DNA of 58,471 bases, the filler included, from Sphacelaria rigidula (lineage: Eukaryota): assembly GCA_964200075.2 (NCBI GenBank). It is 10 parts of 10 records of this genome, joined end to end, with 100 filler letters (N's around TTAATTAATTAA, not from the genome) between each part and the next. Parts side by side here need not be neighbours in the genome. Positions count along the whole stretch, not along the records: positions 1 to 5,758 come from CAXNAA020024678.1; positions 5,859 to 11,616 come from CAXNAA020024679.1; 8 more parts are not named here. One strand, written 5' to 3'. The notes beneath the pieces were generated by a model. That model searched no databases. It was not told the origin of the DNA and saw only the letters and a program-made list of their open reading frames with translations. Below are positions 1 to 11,120 of the stretch, one piece after another. Every line of letters starts with the position of its first letter. Position 1 is the stretch's first letter. The position numbers and the translations under genes are program-made.

Positions 1-1226
1 GTGGGGAAAGCACTGTTTTAGGCTCGAACCCCATCTCGGAGTTAAACCTCAATTCGCACAATTTGTTGTTATATGGGTCATTTGTGCACAGTTATTCGAG
101 TTGAGAGGGTTGTAGGAGCCAGCGAAACGCAAAATTAGCGTCCAGCGTGCATGATATGTCACCAGCAAGGCTAGTCAAAGAGCGAAACCGCACCCATCAA
201 CCCACCTCCCACCACCATAGTGCAAGAGGCACGGCTCTCAATCAAGCACACCGACCCCTGAAAACGCGGTGACTCGAAATCGCACTAACAAAATTCTACC
301 CAACCTGCGAATGCACCACCTTGTCACAGCTGACATTTAGCAAGCGAAAGCAGAGGGTGTATTGGACGGTCGTGCCGACTCACAGCTCGCAAGTTGAGAG
401 GAGTTGCCAACGGCAGATAGTTCATTTTTTCACGTCTCAGAGCGCATGCAATAGAAGAAAAGCACCAACCCTCTGGTCAAATAGGCATAAGAGAAGCGAG
501 GTATCTAATCAGTACAGTAACTGCTTTGGTGAGGCACCAAAACAGCCCCAGTTGTGTGTGACAGTACAGACTAGGATAGAGCATATGCTGCACAAGAGCA
601 ACACAGGTCGAGAAAAATGGAGGGCGCTGTGTAATACAACCAGCCTCCGTACTGGAGTGAGTTCCTAAGCAGCCCTTGTTACAGCCGTCGAAAAGCGTTA
701 CACCGGACATTGGTCCAAAACTGTGGAGACTCATACCATGAGGTGTTTTGCGCAGTACCCCAAGGGATCGGTAACGTTTCATCCCATGTGACACATGCGC
801 AACCTGCCGCACAATTGTTTTTAAGTAGTGGCTGTTGAATGCTAACCGGAACTGCTCGTACTCCCTCTAAAACATTATTCGGTCACGTTCTAGTCAGAGG
901 TAGCACCTGGACAAGTCTGCACCTTTAACTGGAACAATTACCGTTCAACACCGAGAAGGTGATTTGCTTGTCATACAATAGCCTCTTCAATGGGATCGTT
1001 TGCGAAGCCTCACAAAGAGATGGAGAAAAAACATGACACAACCAAGCAGAATCTCAGAGTTAGCAACACATGTCGAAATATGGTGCAGAGTAACCAGCTT
1101 TCGTACTTGGAGAGTGTTCCGCAAGTAGCCTTCATAGCTTAAGCGTAATGTATAATCAAGGCAAACCACCGATCAAAATATCGGACTCCAAAACTGTCAA
1201 CACTTCGCAGCAGTCCACTTCCCCAC

Positions 1227-1861
1227 ATGTCATTGTTAGCGCGGTATCCGAAGGGACCTATAACGATACATCCGGCTTCAGCAAGAGTCCAGGTACCAGC
1301 TAGAATAAACAATAGTGCTAAGCAGGTCTTGACGGAAAATCCACTTCAGACCTGCCCATCAATCAGCCTGAAGTTCATCCGTTCGCACCGTACTCTGAGC
1401 GCGGCGGACATCAAACCAGTCCGAAGCAGATCTTTGGATCTTAGTAGCGCGAAAAACTCACCCATCAAAGTAGTGGGTTTCATTCGTTTCGACCTCACGT
1501 TAGGGAGGAAACCCTACCCGTTGAAGTATTGGTTTTACGAGACCTAGGCCCCGACCACAGTTATAAATACCGCCTCAAACTCAAAGGTTACGGCCCATCA
1601 GCTGACCTAGAGTATCGAGCAGACAGGGTACCCCAATGCCAACACCTCATAGACGCGTACAGAATCAAGCACAAACTGAATAGCGCGTCTTCACCAGACC
1701 CGCCGTCTCGTAACACGAGAAAAAGAGCACGGGTTAGTGAGACGGTTCAAGCAGAAACCAAAATTCCCATAAAGAACAATGCCCGGAAACGTGCACTTGC
1801 AGGGAAATTTCCCACTTCATGCAGACGCGTTCGGTATAAAATCAAGACAAAGGAGGATTGA
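1227..1861 (+). mobile_element. Degenerate chromovirus-type Ty3/gypsy relic: protease-like fragment joined directly to a chromodomain-like tail
   Basis: PIKVVGFIRFDLTLG...VLVLRDLGPD resembles a retrotransposon aspartic protease C-terminus. It is followed by YKYRLKLKGYGPSADLEY...PQCQHLIDAYR (chromodomain-like). Frameshifted, no RT/RNaseH/integrase core seen. Confidence 0.6.
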
Positions 1862-2476
1862 TGTCATGGTCAGCGCGACCACAAGGACATCAGCGGTGAA
1901 GAGAGGCTCGACCTAAAGGTCTGAGCTCTTACCAGCACAATAGGGGTATTGCTGGCGAGGATGGCTGGGGGAATTTTGCAATCTTGGAAGTGCACCATTC
2001 CAGACATGCAAATGACAGCCACCGTTCTCTTTTCGTCTCGATATTTGTCTTCCCCAGACGCAAGTATTCCCATATCAGACGGTAATCACCACGGGTCAAA
2101 GGTCCAAGCAAAACGCGGGACGATCATTCACTCTCATGCGAAGACCCAACGTTTTCCACTGAATCGCCCATAAATCAGCATCTATGGAGGCATCGCAATC
2201 TGTACTGATCACACAGATTTCACAGATGCCGCGATCAAGTGACCAAATCACCAACCGCCGACACAAGCATGCTGATTACATGAACCTGGATGCGAACGTC
2301 GATGAAATTTACCGTCTTGTGTTTACTCAACACGACACTAGAGAGGATATGACACGTTCTCACACAGGCCAGTATAATGGTATCATAACACACATACAAC
2401 GAGGAATCCACGTTGTTATCATTCTCTTCATGAATGATCGCCTCAGTCCGTCGGATAGGGAGACTTAAGGCGCATC

Positions 2477-2897
2477 AAAAGGGGGGGGGTGATGTGGAGG
2501 CCACGTATGTATGAGCGTAATGACATCCAAATGCACATGTAAGCCGGAGAAACAATCACAGGAACGAAGTCCGCCAGTGACACACATGAGCGGACTCGAG
2601 ACGTTCAAATCTGTGAAACTGGATCTTTAGCAAACCTAGGCAACGGGATCTCCGGTACAAGAACTCAGAATAACAAGAGTCACCGGCATGAATCCTGGTT
2701 GAACGAACCGGTACTGCCGTACCGATCCGTTTACTTGTTCTTCTAGCCAACCCTTGACCACAGTCGCATCCTTGCCCAAATGACAAGAGGGATAATTACG
2801 CCCCGCTCTGGAGATCCTTCGGCAGCAGGGTACGACAGCGTTGTTCTTTCTGGACCCGTAAGTCTACTGCCTCACTCCTAGCGAAGTTTAGTTCACA
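2477..2897 (+). repeat. Polypurine tract plus candidate 3' LTR of the gypsy relic
   Basis: AAAAGGGGGGGGG (2477-2489) is immediately followed by TGATGTGG. Candidate end TTCACA at 2897 is a near inverted match to TGTGGA. No second LTR is available to confirm the end. Confidence 0.45.
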
Positions 2898-3276
2898 ATG
2901 AATACAGTAAACAACGGACACGACGAAAACAAGAAAAACGTCAAGGCGGATCTAGTACCGGTCCCAATGAAAACGATAATGGGTATGTTGAAAGTAATGA
3001 CGGCCGGTCACTGCCACACGGCTTCGAGTATGGAGGCCGCGCAAAAAGGTAGAGTATGGATACATTTGAATAATGTAGCTACGGCGTAGATCTGGTTCTA
3101 AAGGCAGGCGTTGTTAGCCTAATTTCGCGTGCTGTGACCATTGTAAGAAGTAAACCCGTATGTGTTCTGCGACATGTCTTTTGTACTCCGATTCACGCCG
3201 TACGCGCAATGTTCAACTTTTTAAATACTCCAGGAACACCATGCAACGTGGATAACGTGTGCCAGGGCGGCCACGA

Positions 3277-3505
3277 TATTCGAGTGGTTCAGATACCCAG
3301 TAATGCTGGATCTACGTAGAACCGGGGATCGGGGTGACGTACGAGTACCGACAGTCGTGTGTGTGCAGATGTGGTACAGTACGGCTGACGGGCGCACGAG
3401 CAGCTTGTACCCTTGCCCACTCTCTCTCAGCTTCTCTCCCTCTCATCAGCACTCTCCCAAGTTACAGTAGAACTTGGGTGCTCTCCAATAAAAGAATTAA
3501 AACCA
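3277..3505 (+). repeat. 229-bp copia-family LTR (5' LTR of a decayed element)
   Basis: Same length as, and aligns end to end with, the reverse complement of 33024-33252. Starts TA (TG in the other copy), ends AAACCA. Flanks CACGA / TTTTG show no TSD, so it is not a solo LTR. Confidence 0.85.
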
Positions 3506-4200
3506 TTTTGAGTGACCAGCGTGCGGAGAACCGAGAACAACGCCGAATTGTTTCTGCCGCAGCGTACTGGATTCTCGCTGTTTGAACTTCTCTAGCGAAG
3601 ATACACCGCCACCGACGCGGTGTCGCCGATGGAACGCCCATAGATTCTCACCAAATAAGGAAAGGCAGGATAGTAGAGTGAGGCTTGGATCACCACCACC
3701 CTGGAAAACAGGGCGTAGCGCAAGGACTTACTGCCAAAGTCGGTATCTTTCGACGAGATGGGGTTTCTACCTTTCTTTCGTTCGGCAGATGTGGCTGATG
3801 CGATTGATGGCAGCGCCACACGGGTGGCCGCTGGTACACGCTATCCGTGCCTTGGAGCGTCCCTAGGTTATCGACAAGTCGAGCAGTATGCGTACAGCGT
3901 AAAACGGGTTCGTTGCAAAGCAAACTTCCCAGGATAGAGGCGGAATTACAACGGTTACACAACGCCATAAAGTGTGCAACAACACGTCTTATTATGCTGT
4001 ACGCACGTCGTTCAAGTAATCAACATCGTATCATGACCCAGGAGTGCTTCAAAATGCGGATGGCATGAGCCACCGGCCACCCGTCTAGAGGCTACATGAT
4101 TAAAGCGGCTGGAGACAATCTTCACCTGAGGCTGGAGCCTTACAAAAACTGTTCGCTGTCCGCTGTATCGTATACAGGAGCGGCTTACTTTTTAGATTCA
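3506..4200 (+). pseudogene. Heavily decayed copia-like gag downstream of the LTR
   Basis: Frame-broken peptides FFRSADVADAI...LGASLGYRQV and EP-LQKLFA loosely parallel FARSEGVDWVF...LEARHGKRTV and DPVQKLIE in the contig-6 gag. Weak, by-eye similarity. Confidence 0.3.
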
Positions 4201-5450
4201 GCCAATTTGGCCTAGGAATATCGTCATGTTCACCCGCTTTGGGTGGTTTCCTTATTTGTCCGTTTTTTGCTTGGCGAACAATTCTACTTGTTGCAAGCCC
4301 ACTTCCGTGTGTACGTTTAACGGGCAGAACAATCTCCGCCAGGGTTTATCTTTTGGTCTAAAACCAGGAAGTAAAATTAATCGCGTGGAAGCTTTGTGGA
4401 AGAAATACTCGCACACTAGCTGCCGTCCATTTATTGGATTCGACGGTCGTGCAGAGGACGAGGTCGAATTACAGACGATCAAATGTTGTTTATGCGATGC
4501 GCTCTTGTTGTGCACTTGCTGTCCTTCGACCTTCGACTCGATTACTGCGATACAACATACTAGGTACCGGCAGGCACGCTGCATTGCTACGAGTATTAAC
4601 CAAGTAGCTTTCAGCGACGAGGGCACGGTGACGTGTACATAATGGGGAACAAATCAACCATTCCATCAGTCAAGGAACAGTATCACCACGTGGAAACAAG
4701 GAAATGTATGGCATAAAAGACCTTGATGATACTAGCTATCGGATATAAACCTCACCCTGATCTAAACCCGATGCAAGCTACACAACACAGACGAAACCCA
4801 CGGTGCACGACGGCAAGGCGCCATCGCATGCACATAACCCTGGCTGATAATCCGTGGTATGACACGTCCCTTGAGCTGGCTTCGAGTATATTCAGACAGA
4901 ATTGCGAGATGAATCAACAGAGGCCTTGCTACAGTGTTTAACGCGCCGGATCTTCATTCGCCAGGATGCCCTCTTCACTTGGAGCGTTCAGGACTTTCTC
5001 CGTGCAGCTTCTTGAAGCGTGCGCAGCAGCCATTGTTCGAGTTCAGAACTCGTGTCCCGGCAACGTCCATCACCCGGGTTCTCTGCCGTTTCCCAGCCCT
5101 CAGTACTAGAGCTGTTGCTGCGGTTGCTGTGTGCAGAATTCTTACGACGTTCACCACTGCTCAACTCTTGCATTGGCCGAACAGCAGCACGATCGCTAGC
5201 GTTCGGGGGCATACGGTCTGTATTGGTGACCCAGGGGGACAACCATTCTTGCAGCAGTGTTTTTCCCGTTTGTCCTCCCCGGCCCTCTGCCCCATCATCT
5301 GCGTTAGACCAGCGCTGTGATCTGTACCCGTGCCTGATCCTCTCGTTTGTCGCTACCTAGGTTTCGTGTTTCGGGAAGGTACCAGAAAACGCGTGGGAGG
5401 TACGCGAGCATACCAATCCGCGACCCATTCAGTCGGGGCCGTCCAACGCA

Positions 5451-5612
5451 TATTATATTATCGCTACTATTCTTATGATCATTATTACCATTGTCATCAT
5501 TATTATGCCGATGATGGTTCTTATGATTCTAATTCTGATTCTGATTATAATAATTATGATGATGATTATGATCATGATTATGATTATGAGTATGGTTATG
5601 ATAATTATGACC

Positions 5613-5648
<36 letters not shown>

Positions 5649-5688
5649 ATTATTACTATTATTATTATTACTATTATTATTATTATTA
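5451..5688. repeat. Compound (ATT/ATG/GAT)n trinucleotide microsatellite
   Basis: Directly visible; explains the D/Y-rich and M/I-rich spurious ORFs. Confidence 0.95.
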
Positions 5689-5758
5689 GGGCAATGGCCT
5701 AGAAAAGGTATACCTTCTCGTTTTTTGCCTAAGAAAGGTACGAAAAATGGCCAGAAAC

Positions 5759-5858
5759 NNNNNNNNNNNNNNNNNNNNNNNNNNNNNNNNNNNNNNNNNN
5801 NNTTAATTAATTAANNNNNNNNNNNNNNNNNNNNNNNNNNNNNNNNNNNNNNNNNNNN
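5759..5858. other. Artificial contig-joining linker (first of nine)
   Basis: 44 N + TTAATTAATTAA + 44 N. Identical linkers at 11617-11716, 17474-17573, 23331-23430, 29188-29287, 35045-35144, 40902-41001, 46759-46858, 52616-52715. Intervening contigs are 5758, 5758, 5757 (x7) and 5756 bp. Confidence 0.98.
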
Positions 5859-6606
5859 ACACACGGCATACCGCTATCAGCAGAAACAGAATCTGTTCAG
5901 AGTGTCATATAAATGTATAGGCGTCAAATCTCTTCTTATGTGTTCTTTTCTATCATCATACTGTTGTTGTGTGAGATGTTCTTTTCTCTGTGGTGATGTG
6001 TTATCTGGGGGGTGCACCGGTGCACGTGTACGGTTTCTTGCAAGTCTGTGCGCTCAGTATTTATTTCTGTTCATTGCTCGAAACGAAGTATCCCCCTTTT
6101 TTCAGCACATACATGCGCCCCACCGTTGTGGGCAATATTTTTCTCCGTCCGATCCCGCAAGGATTGTTCTCGGTTTTCCTTTCCTGCTGTAGGTTCGTTC
6201 TCGTTCATGTACGCAACAAGTCTATTCCTTCGCGCCGACAGGTGTAGTATCGTACGTGTTTCTCTTCACCGCATGAAATGTAGGCCACTCCACCCTGTAG
6301 AGCAAGGTGATGCACGCACTTCGTAATTCCGCTGGCACCAGATTTTCCTGACTACATGCAGACTACAAGCAGACCACTAGCGGACTAGCGGAATTCCCTC
6401 CCCCACGACACACTCGTATCGCCTGTTCTTACACTGCCAAAACGGCGAATTGAGGCGCGTTAACTGTGTAGCTTGCTGAAGGAGACATCACACGTGCGCC
6501 GTTGCTGCATTGGTACAGAGGAAATGTGCGTAAACGCCAACTCTCGAATAATTGAAAACACTAAAAACGGTGGGAAAGCTTGCTTTGTTGGACTTGTTTT
6601 CATCAC

Positions 6607-6891
6607 CTGTTTGATATTTTCAAGTTTCTTCAGGAGTTGACTGAAGTTTTTCCCAGCCTCGGTCCGGGCGCCTTCCATCAGGCGCGTTAGCTCCTTTAGG
6701 TGGCTTTTAGCTGCTGGTCCTGGACCTGCCCATGAGTCAACCCCTACTGAAGAGGGATACTTCAGTTTGCCTTCCGCTTCTCGCTCCGCCTTAAGCTGCA
6801 TGCGCAGCTGTGACAACGACTTCGGGCGTGCGACTGATTCCTCCTTCGGCTGTGGCGACAAGGGTGCAGGTGGATCCAGGTATCTCTCGAT
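6607..6891 (-). CDS. SEC5: Exocyst complex component Sec5/EXOC2, internal exon
   Basis: 285-bp phase-0 exon, tag|ATC...CAG|gtgatg. Encodes IERYLDPPAP...HLKELTRLMEGARTEAGKNFSQLLKKLENIKQ, in frame with the exon at 7662-7778 and resembling the Sec5 helix A...F..LL.R. Confidence 0.7.
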
Positions 6892-7661
6892 CTATATATA
6901 TATATATATATATAAATATGTATATCCAGAACTCATTAAACGAGGTATAGATCCTCTGGTACCCTGTAGGGTTTCATTTCCAATCGACCGTCGGAATTGG
7001 TTCGACAACTCAAGGATCAAGTTGACAAGTTCTTGTGTCCCAAGCAAAAGGCACCCGAGGAATGAGCATGTAGCTTGGCGGGAAGTTGGTTCTTGAAACA
7101 ACTATGGTGCAGGGCATTACAAGTAAACGACTTGAGAGACACGTGTGAATCAAGAAAGGTGAGAGATGGGATGCGTCGAGTTATCTAGCCCCACACGAGA
7201 CAGCTGAGGTCGCAATCGGTACAGATTGCTGACTTGTGCTGTTATACGTAGCATGGGGAAGCACGAATCCCCAGACAACCCTCAGCGCCTTGTTTTTTTC
7301 GTCAAACTTGCAATCCCTTCCCTTCCTCGGGACGAGTCCATAATGGCAAGAGGTCGACCAGTCGCTCCCCCGGAACTTGCCTGGCATTTCGTGATCGAGG
7401 ATTGGATCATGACTCTCGCACCCCATCGACTGTCGTCGATTTGTCCTTTTCATTGGTGTACTCAAGCTTCAAACGAAAGACACGTACTGCTAAAAAAAAT
7501 ACCTTTCAATATTCGAACCCGCAACCTTCCCGCCTAAAACTAAACTGCCACTCCTGATCGTTGTACCACCTAAATTTAGGCCGCCGGGGAGAAGCGGCTT
7601 CACGTAAATTTGCAGTCGCATTTCCCGTGCTTTCAATTGACCGAGGTAGCTAATGCCTCAC

Positions 7662-7778
7662 CTGCTCCTTGTTGTTGGTCAATTCCATGTTAATGTGGCT
7701 GGCATATTTCTCGATGCTATCCGCACAACGCACGAAGCTGTCGAAGTGATCCCGCACCAGGCGTTGCAGCTCACTCGC
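7662..7778 (-). CDS. SEC5: Exocyst complex component Sec5/EXOC2, internal exon
   Basis: 117-bp phase-0 exon, cttcag|GCG...CAG|gtgagg. ASELQRLVRDHFDSFVRCADSIE matches the Sec5 motif L..LV..NFD.FV.C...I. Confidence 0.75.
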
Positions 7779-7859
7779 CTGAAGGACACGGTTGGCACAT
7801 TGCAGTAACTTAAATGGCTTCCCTGAAAAGTGCGTGTAACCACGCACCCAGTATGTAAA

Positions 7860-8215
7860 AATTACAAGGGTAAGCCGGGCAGGGTATGTACTTTTTTTGA
7901 ATACCCGGGTAAAATACCCGGATATTTACTCTACCCAAGGTTTGGGTAGATTGGGTACGGCCTCAAGACTCTACTCATATTTTGGTTAGATTGAGTGCGA
8001 CCTCAAATACTCAACTCAAATATCGGGCAAGTACTCTCGGGAATACCTTGGTATAGAGCATCGCTTGGTTATGACCTCAATACACTACCCAAATTTTCGG
8101 TAGATTTGAGTACGACCTCGAATACTCTACTCAATTTTGAGTAGATTGGATACGATCTCAACTACTCTACCCAAATATTGGATAAGCACTCTCAGCAATA
8201 CCGAGGGATAGAGCT
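7860..8215. repeat. Intronic element built from degenerate ~41-bp subrepeats
   Basis: Repeated TACTCTACCCAAATxTTGGGTAGATTGAGTACGACCTC-like units with short internal palindromes. Confidence 0.7.
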
Positions 8216-8222
8216 CCCCAAC

Positions 8223-8970
8223 ATCGTCATGCGTGGAATCATGGTTGGGGGGAAGACGAGGGCAGGCCGACCAGCAACGCGCCTACAACACTATATCACG
8301 GACTACTGCTCGTAGTTCGGAATAAATGCGACATCGTGGGCGCAGGTTGCCCAAGATGTGTCCGAATGGTCCCAAGTTGGAGAGGAGGGGGCTAACATGT
8401 ACATGGCAGCCTGGACGAAAGCACGCCACGCTAAGGAACGTTTTGCTGTGCGACCACTAGAGCTCCCCCAGTGCCTACCGAGGACCTTCGAAAAGTAACC
8501 AGTAGTCCATCGGGTAGTACACTCACTAGTACATCTGCGGTCTCTCCAAACAGCTGTGGCGGTGGTCTATGAGGGTGCCTGGGGTTGTTTTTTGAGTTGT
8601 CCCCCACCCGGTGGCTTTGCGAATCCCTTTGCGTCATCCGCCTCTCATTTTCTCGTTATTATTTTCCTTCCCTTCTCGGTCTATTTTTCTTAGCAGATAT
8701 GAAGGGGGTATTTCGCGTCCCGTTGAACTCGGGGAAGCTACTTCTCATGCATTTCTTGGCGTCTCTCTTCTTGTTTTCATTCAGGTAATATTTCAGTTGA
8801 TTGCGTTTGTTCTTGTAATTGGGCTGGAGTCTCAAAAACAGTATGAAGGACTCTACGTCTTGTAAGGAATAGCAGGGACGGTATTCAAAAAGACGAGCCT
8901 ACATCTGTGACCACGGGTTCAAGAGACCGGACCAATGTGCAAAATAAATAATAACAATAAATAATAAATA
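8223..8970 (+). mobile_element. 5'-truncated RTE-like LINE (ORF C-terminus, 3' UTR and (AAT)-rich tail)
   Basis: IVMRGIMVGGKTRAGRPATR...FGI...SWAQVAQDVSEW resembles the RTE ORF end (G.R..GRP, W...A.D...W). One in-frame stop. The 3' motif CTGTGACCACGGGTTC(A/G)AGAGA recurs on the - strand near 45190-45270 and 15660-15715. Confidence 0.75.
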
Positions 8971-10355
8971 GAACTAGGGCTAAGCCATGGCTGACGCGCG
9001 TGGCAGCAGTTCCGCAGGTTTCAACGCCACGGGTCTGGTATGCGTGAAGGCTTTGAGCAAAATGATGAACAAAAGGCGAACCTAACATCAACCATAATTA
9101 ATAAATTTAAAGGTCATCAACCCATCGATGGCGAGAGTGGGTCATTTATTGAATCGGCGTCAATTTCACATGAAAAAATTATGCATGATCCAGATGGACT
9201 AGCATGGGCGGTCTAAGGATTGACTAGCTATATCTTTCGTGTTTTTCGTCCATGAAAACGGACGCAAAATAAGACCCGGTAACAACGGCCCTAAAAGCAG
9301 GTCACGACTTCGAACCGCACAGCTAAACGTAAGCATCACGAAAGAAAAAGGGAACCCTGACAGTGTTGGCGCTAACCCAGCAGCGCTGCAGTCATAGAGA
9401 ATCCGCCCCGAAGAAGCAAGCGCCAAACCGAGTAAAAAGGTGCCCCGTAATTCGTATATCGTCCCACCGGATGTACAATAACGAAGTCTAAGAGCGTCGA
9501 TTCCTAGCTAGTTTATCCTCGTCGGCAGTAGTGAGGTGTCGGCCGCCTGTATCGCATGGGCAACACGCTGGCTGTATGCATCTACTCGAGAGCGAGGGTA
9601 TTCATTGAGAGCCATGATGACTTGTTCCTGGCGCGTGTCGACGGCGTACCCGTTGGCGTTGAGAGTGTCGGCTACGTTGACGTCATGCTGTTGCTATGAA
9701 TCGCCTGGTGGTAGCCGTTAGCGATGTTTTCGAACCCCGCTGGCCTGTCGTAACCATCATAATAGTCCGGACAGATCCCTTTTTCACGTTCATGTGTGGA
9801 TATAGTTGACACCACCCGCCCTTGCAAGGTCATAGTAAAATTTACGATGAGCGACCCATGTCGTCAGGCCCCACCTCTCCCCTTTCTGATATCTCCTTAG
9901 CGCGTGTCTTTGGCCATTTATGTTGAGGAATTTTTTTTTCAGATCGTATTTTTTCTTTCCACCGCACTTTCAATTTAGTTTATTTTGAATCGCGTTTGGG
10001 AATTTTCCGGGTCCGATTATATAGATCAATTAATTCATTTATCTTTTTCGCCGTTGAAGAGTTTGTAATCTTTTTCACTTGATTTTAGAGCACCTTTTTT
10101 CGCGCTCATTTCATTCTCCCAGAAGCTCTGAGAACGCAATATTGCCTCTTACTAGATTTTAGAGTACGGCGAAATGGTGTCATTCGGTTGCTCTCGGAAG
10201 CTTAGAGAGGCGAGCATGAGTACAGTGAAACGGGGTCATTTCTCTCGAGCTCCGACAAGGCAGCATTACATGATTTCCCTTTAGGAGGATTCGGGAGCAT
10301 CGCTTCTTTTTTTCCTCGGCGTCGCGGTAGACCACTACAGGCCTTTCAATCGCTC

Positions 10356-11120
10356 CGCCGTTTTGTACGTTTATTACTGTCAGAATCGTTGCCAGAAGCT
10401 CTGAGACAGGTGCACTGTTCTCACTTGCTTTTAGATGACGGCGAGCACGAGCCGCGAACTCTCCCCGTGTACAGAGCAGAACGTCTGTGCCATTATGAGT
10501 CGGGAGCTTTCTCAACGTCTCTGCCCGCGTGGCGCCGACTGGATGTGGCTTCTCGTGTGCTCTGTTTGTATTCTGCTCACTTTTTCCCGGAACATATCCG
10601 TTTGCAACTGTTTTTTGTTATTTTTTATCATGCGCCGCGGGGGATGTGGCTTCTCGTGTGCTCGGTTTGTATTCTGCTCAGTTTTTCCCCGAACATATCC
10701 GTTTGCAACTGTTTTTTGTTATTTTTTATCATGAGCCGCGGGGGATGTGGCTTCTCGTGTGCTCGGTTTGTATTCTGCTCACTTTTTCCCCGAACATATC
10801 CGTTTGCAACTGTTTTTTGTTATTTTTTATCATGCGCCGCGGGGGATGTGGCTTCTCGTGTGCTCTGTTTGTATTCTGCTCAGTTTTCCCCGAACATATC
10901 CGGTTGCAACTGTTTTTTGTTATTTTTTATCATGCGCCGCGGGGGATGTGGCTTCTTGTGTGCTTTGTTTGTATTCTGCTCGCCGTTTTGTACGTTTCCT
11001 GTCAGAATCGTTGCCAGAAGCTCTGAGACAGATGTACTTTTTTCACGTGCTTTTAGATGACGGCGAGCATGAGTTGCGAACTCTCCCAGTGTACAGAACA
11101 GAACGGCTGTGCTATCATAG
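10356..11120. repeat. ~101-bp tandem repeat (about 4.4 units) bracketed by a ~140-bp direct repeat
   Basis: Units start GGATGTGGCTTCT at 10541, 10642, 10743, 10844, 10944. Block CGCCGTTTTGTACGTTT...GTGTACAGA occurs at ~10356-10497 and ~10981-11118. Confidence 0.95.

Noticed and set aside
7226..7537. HESP and VVD..FHW peptides hinting at a KDZ transposase
   Set aside because: Needs an assumed insertion, lacks the following His/Cys residues, and part of the stretch matches the SINE tail motif GGATCATGACTC.
10541..10982. Regular repeats resembling a CRISPR array
   Set aside because: Units are near-identical along their whole 101 bp with no unique spacers, no cas genes, eukaryotic context.
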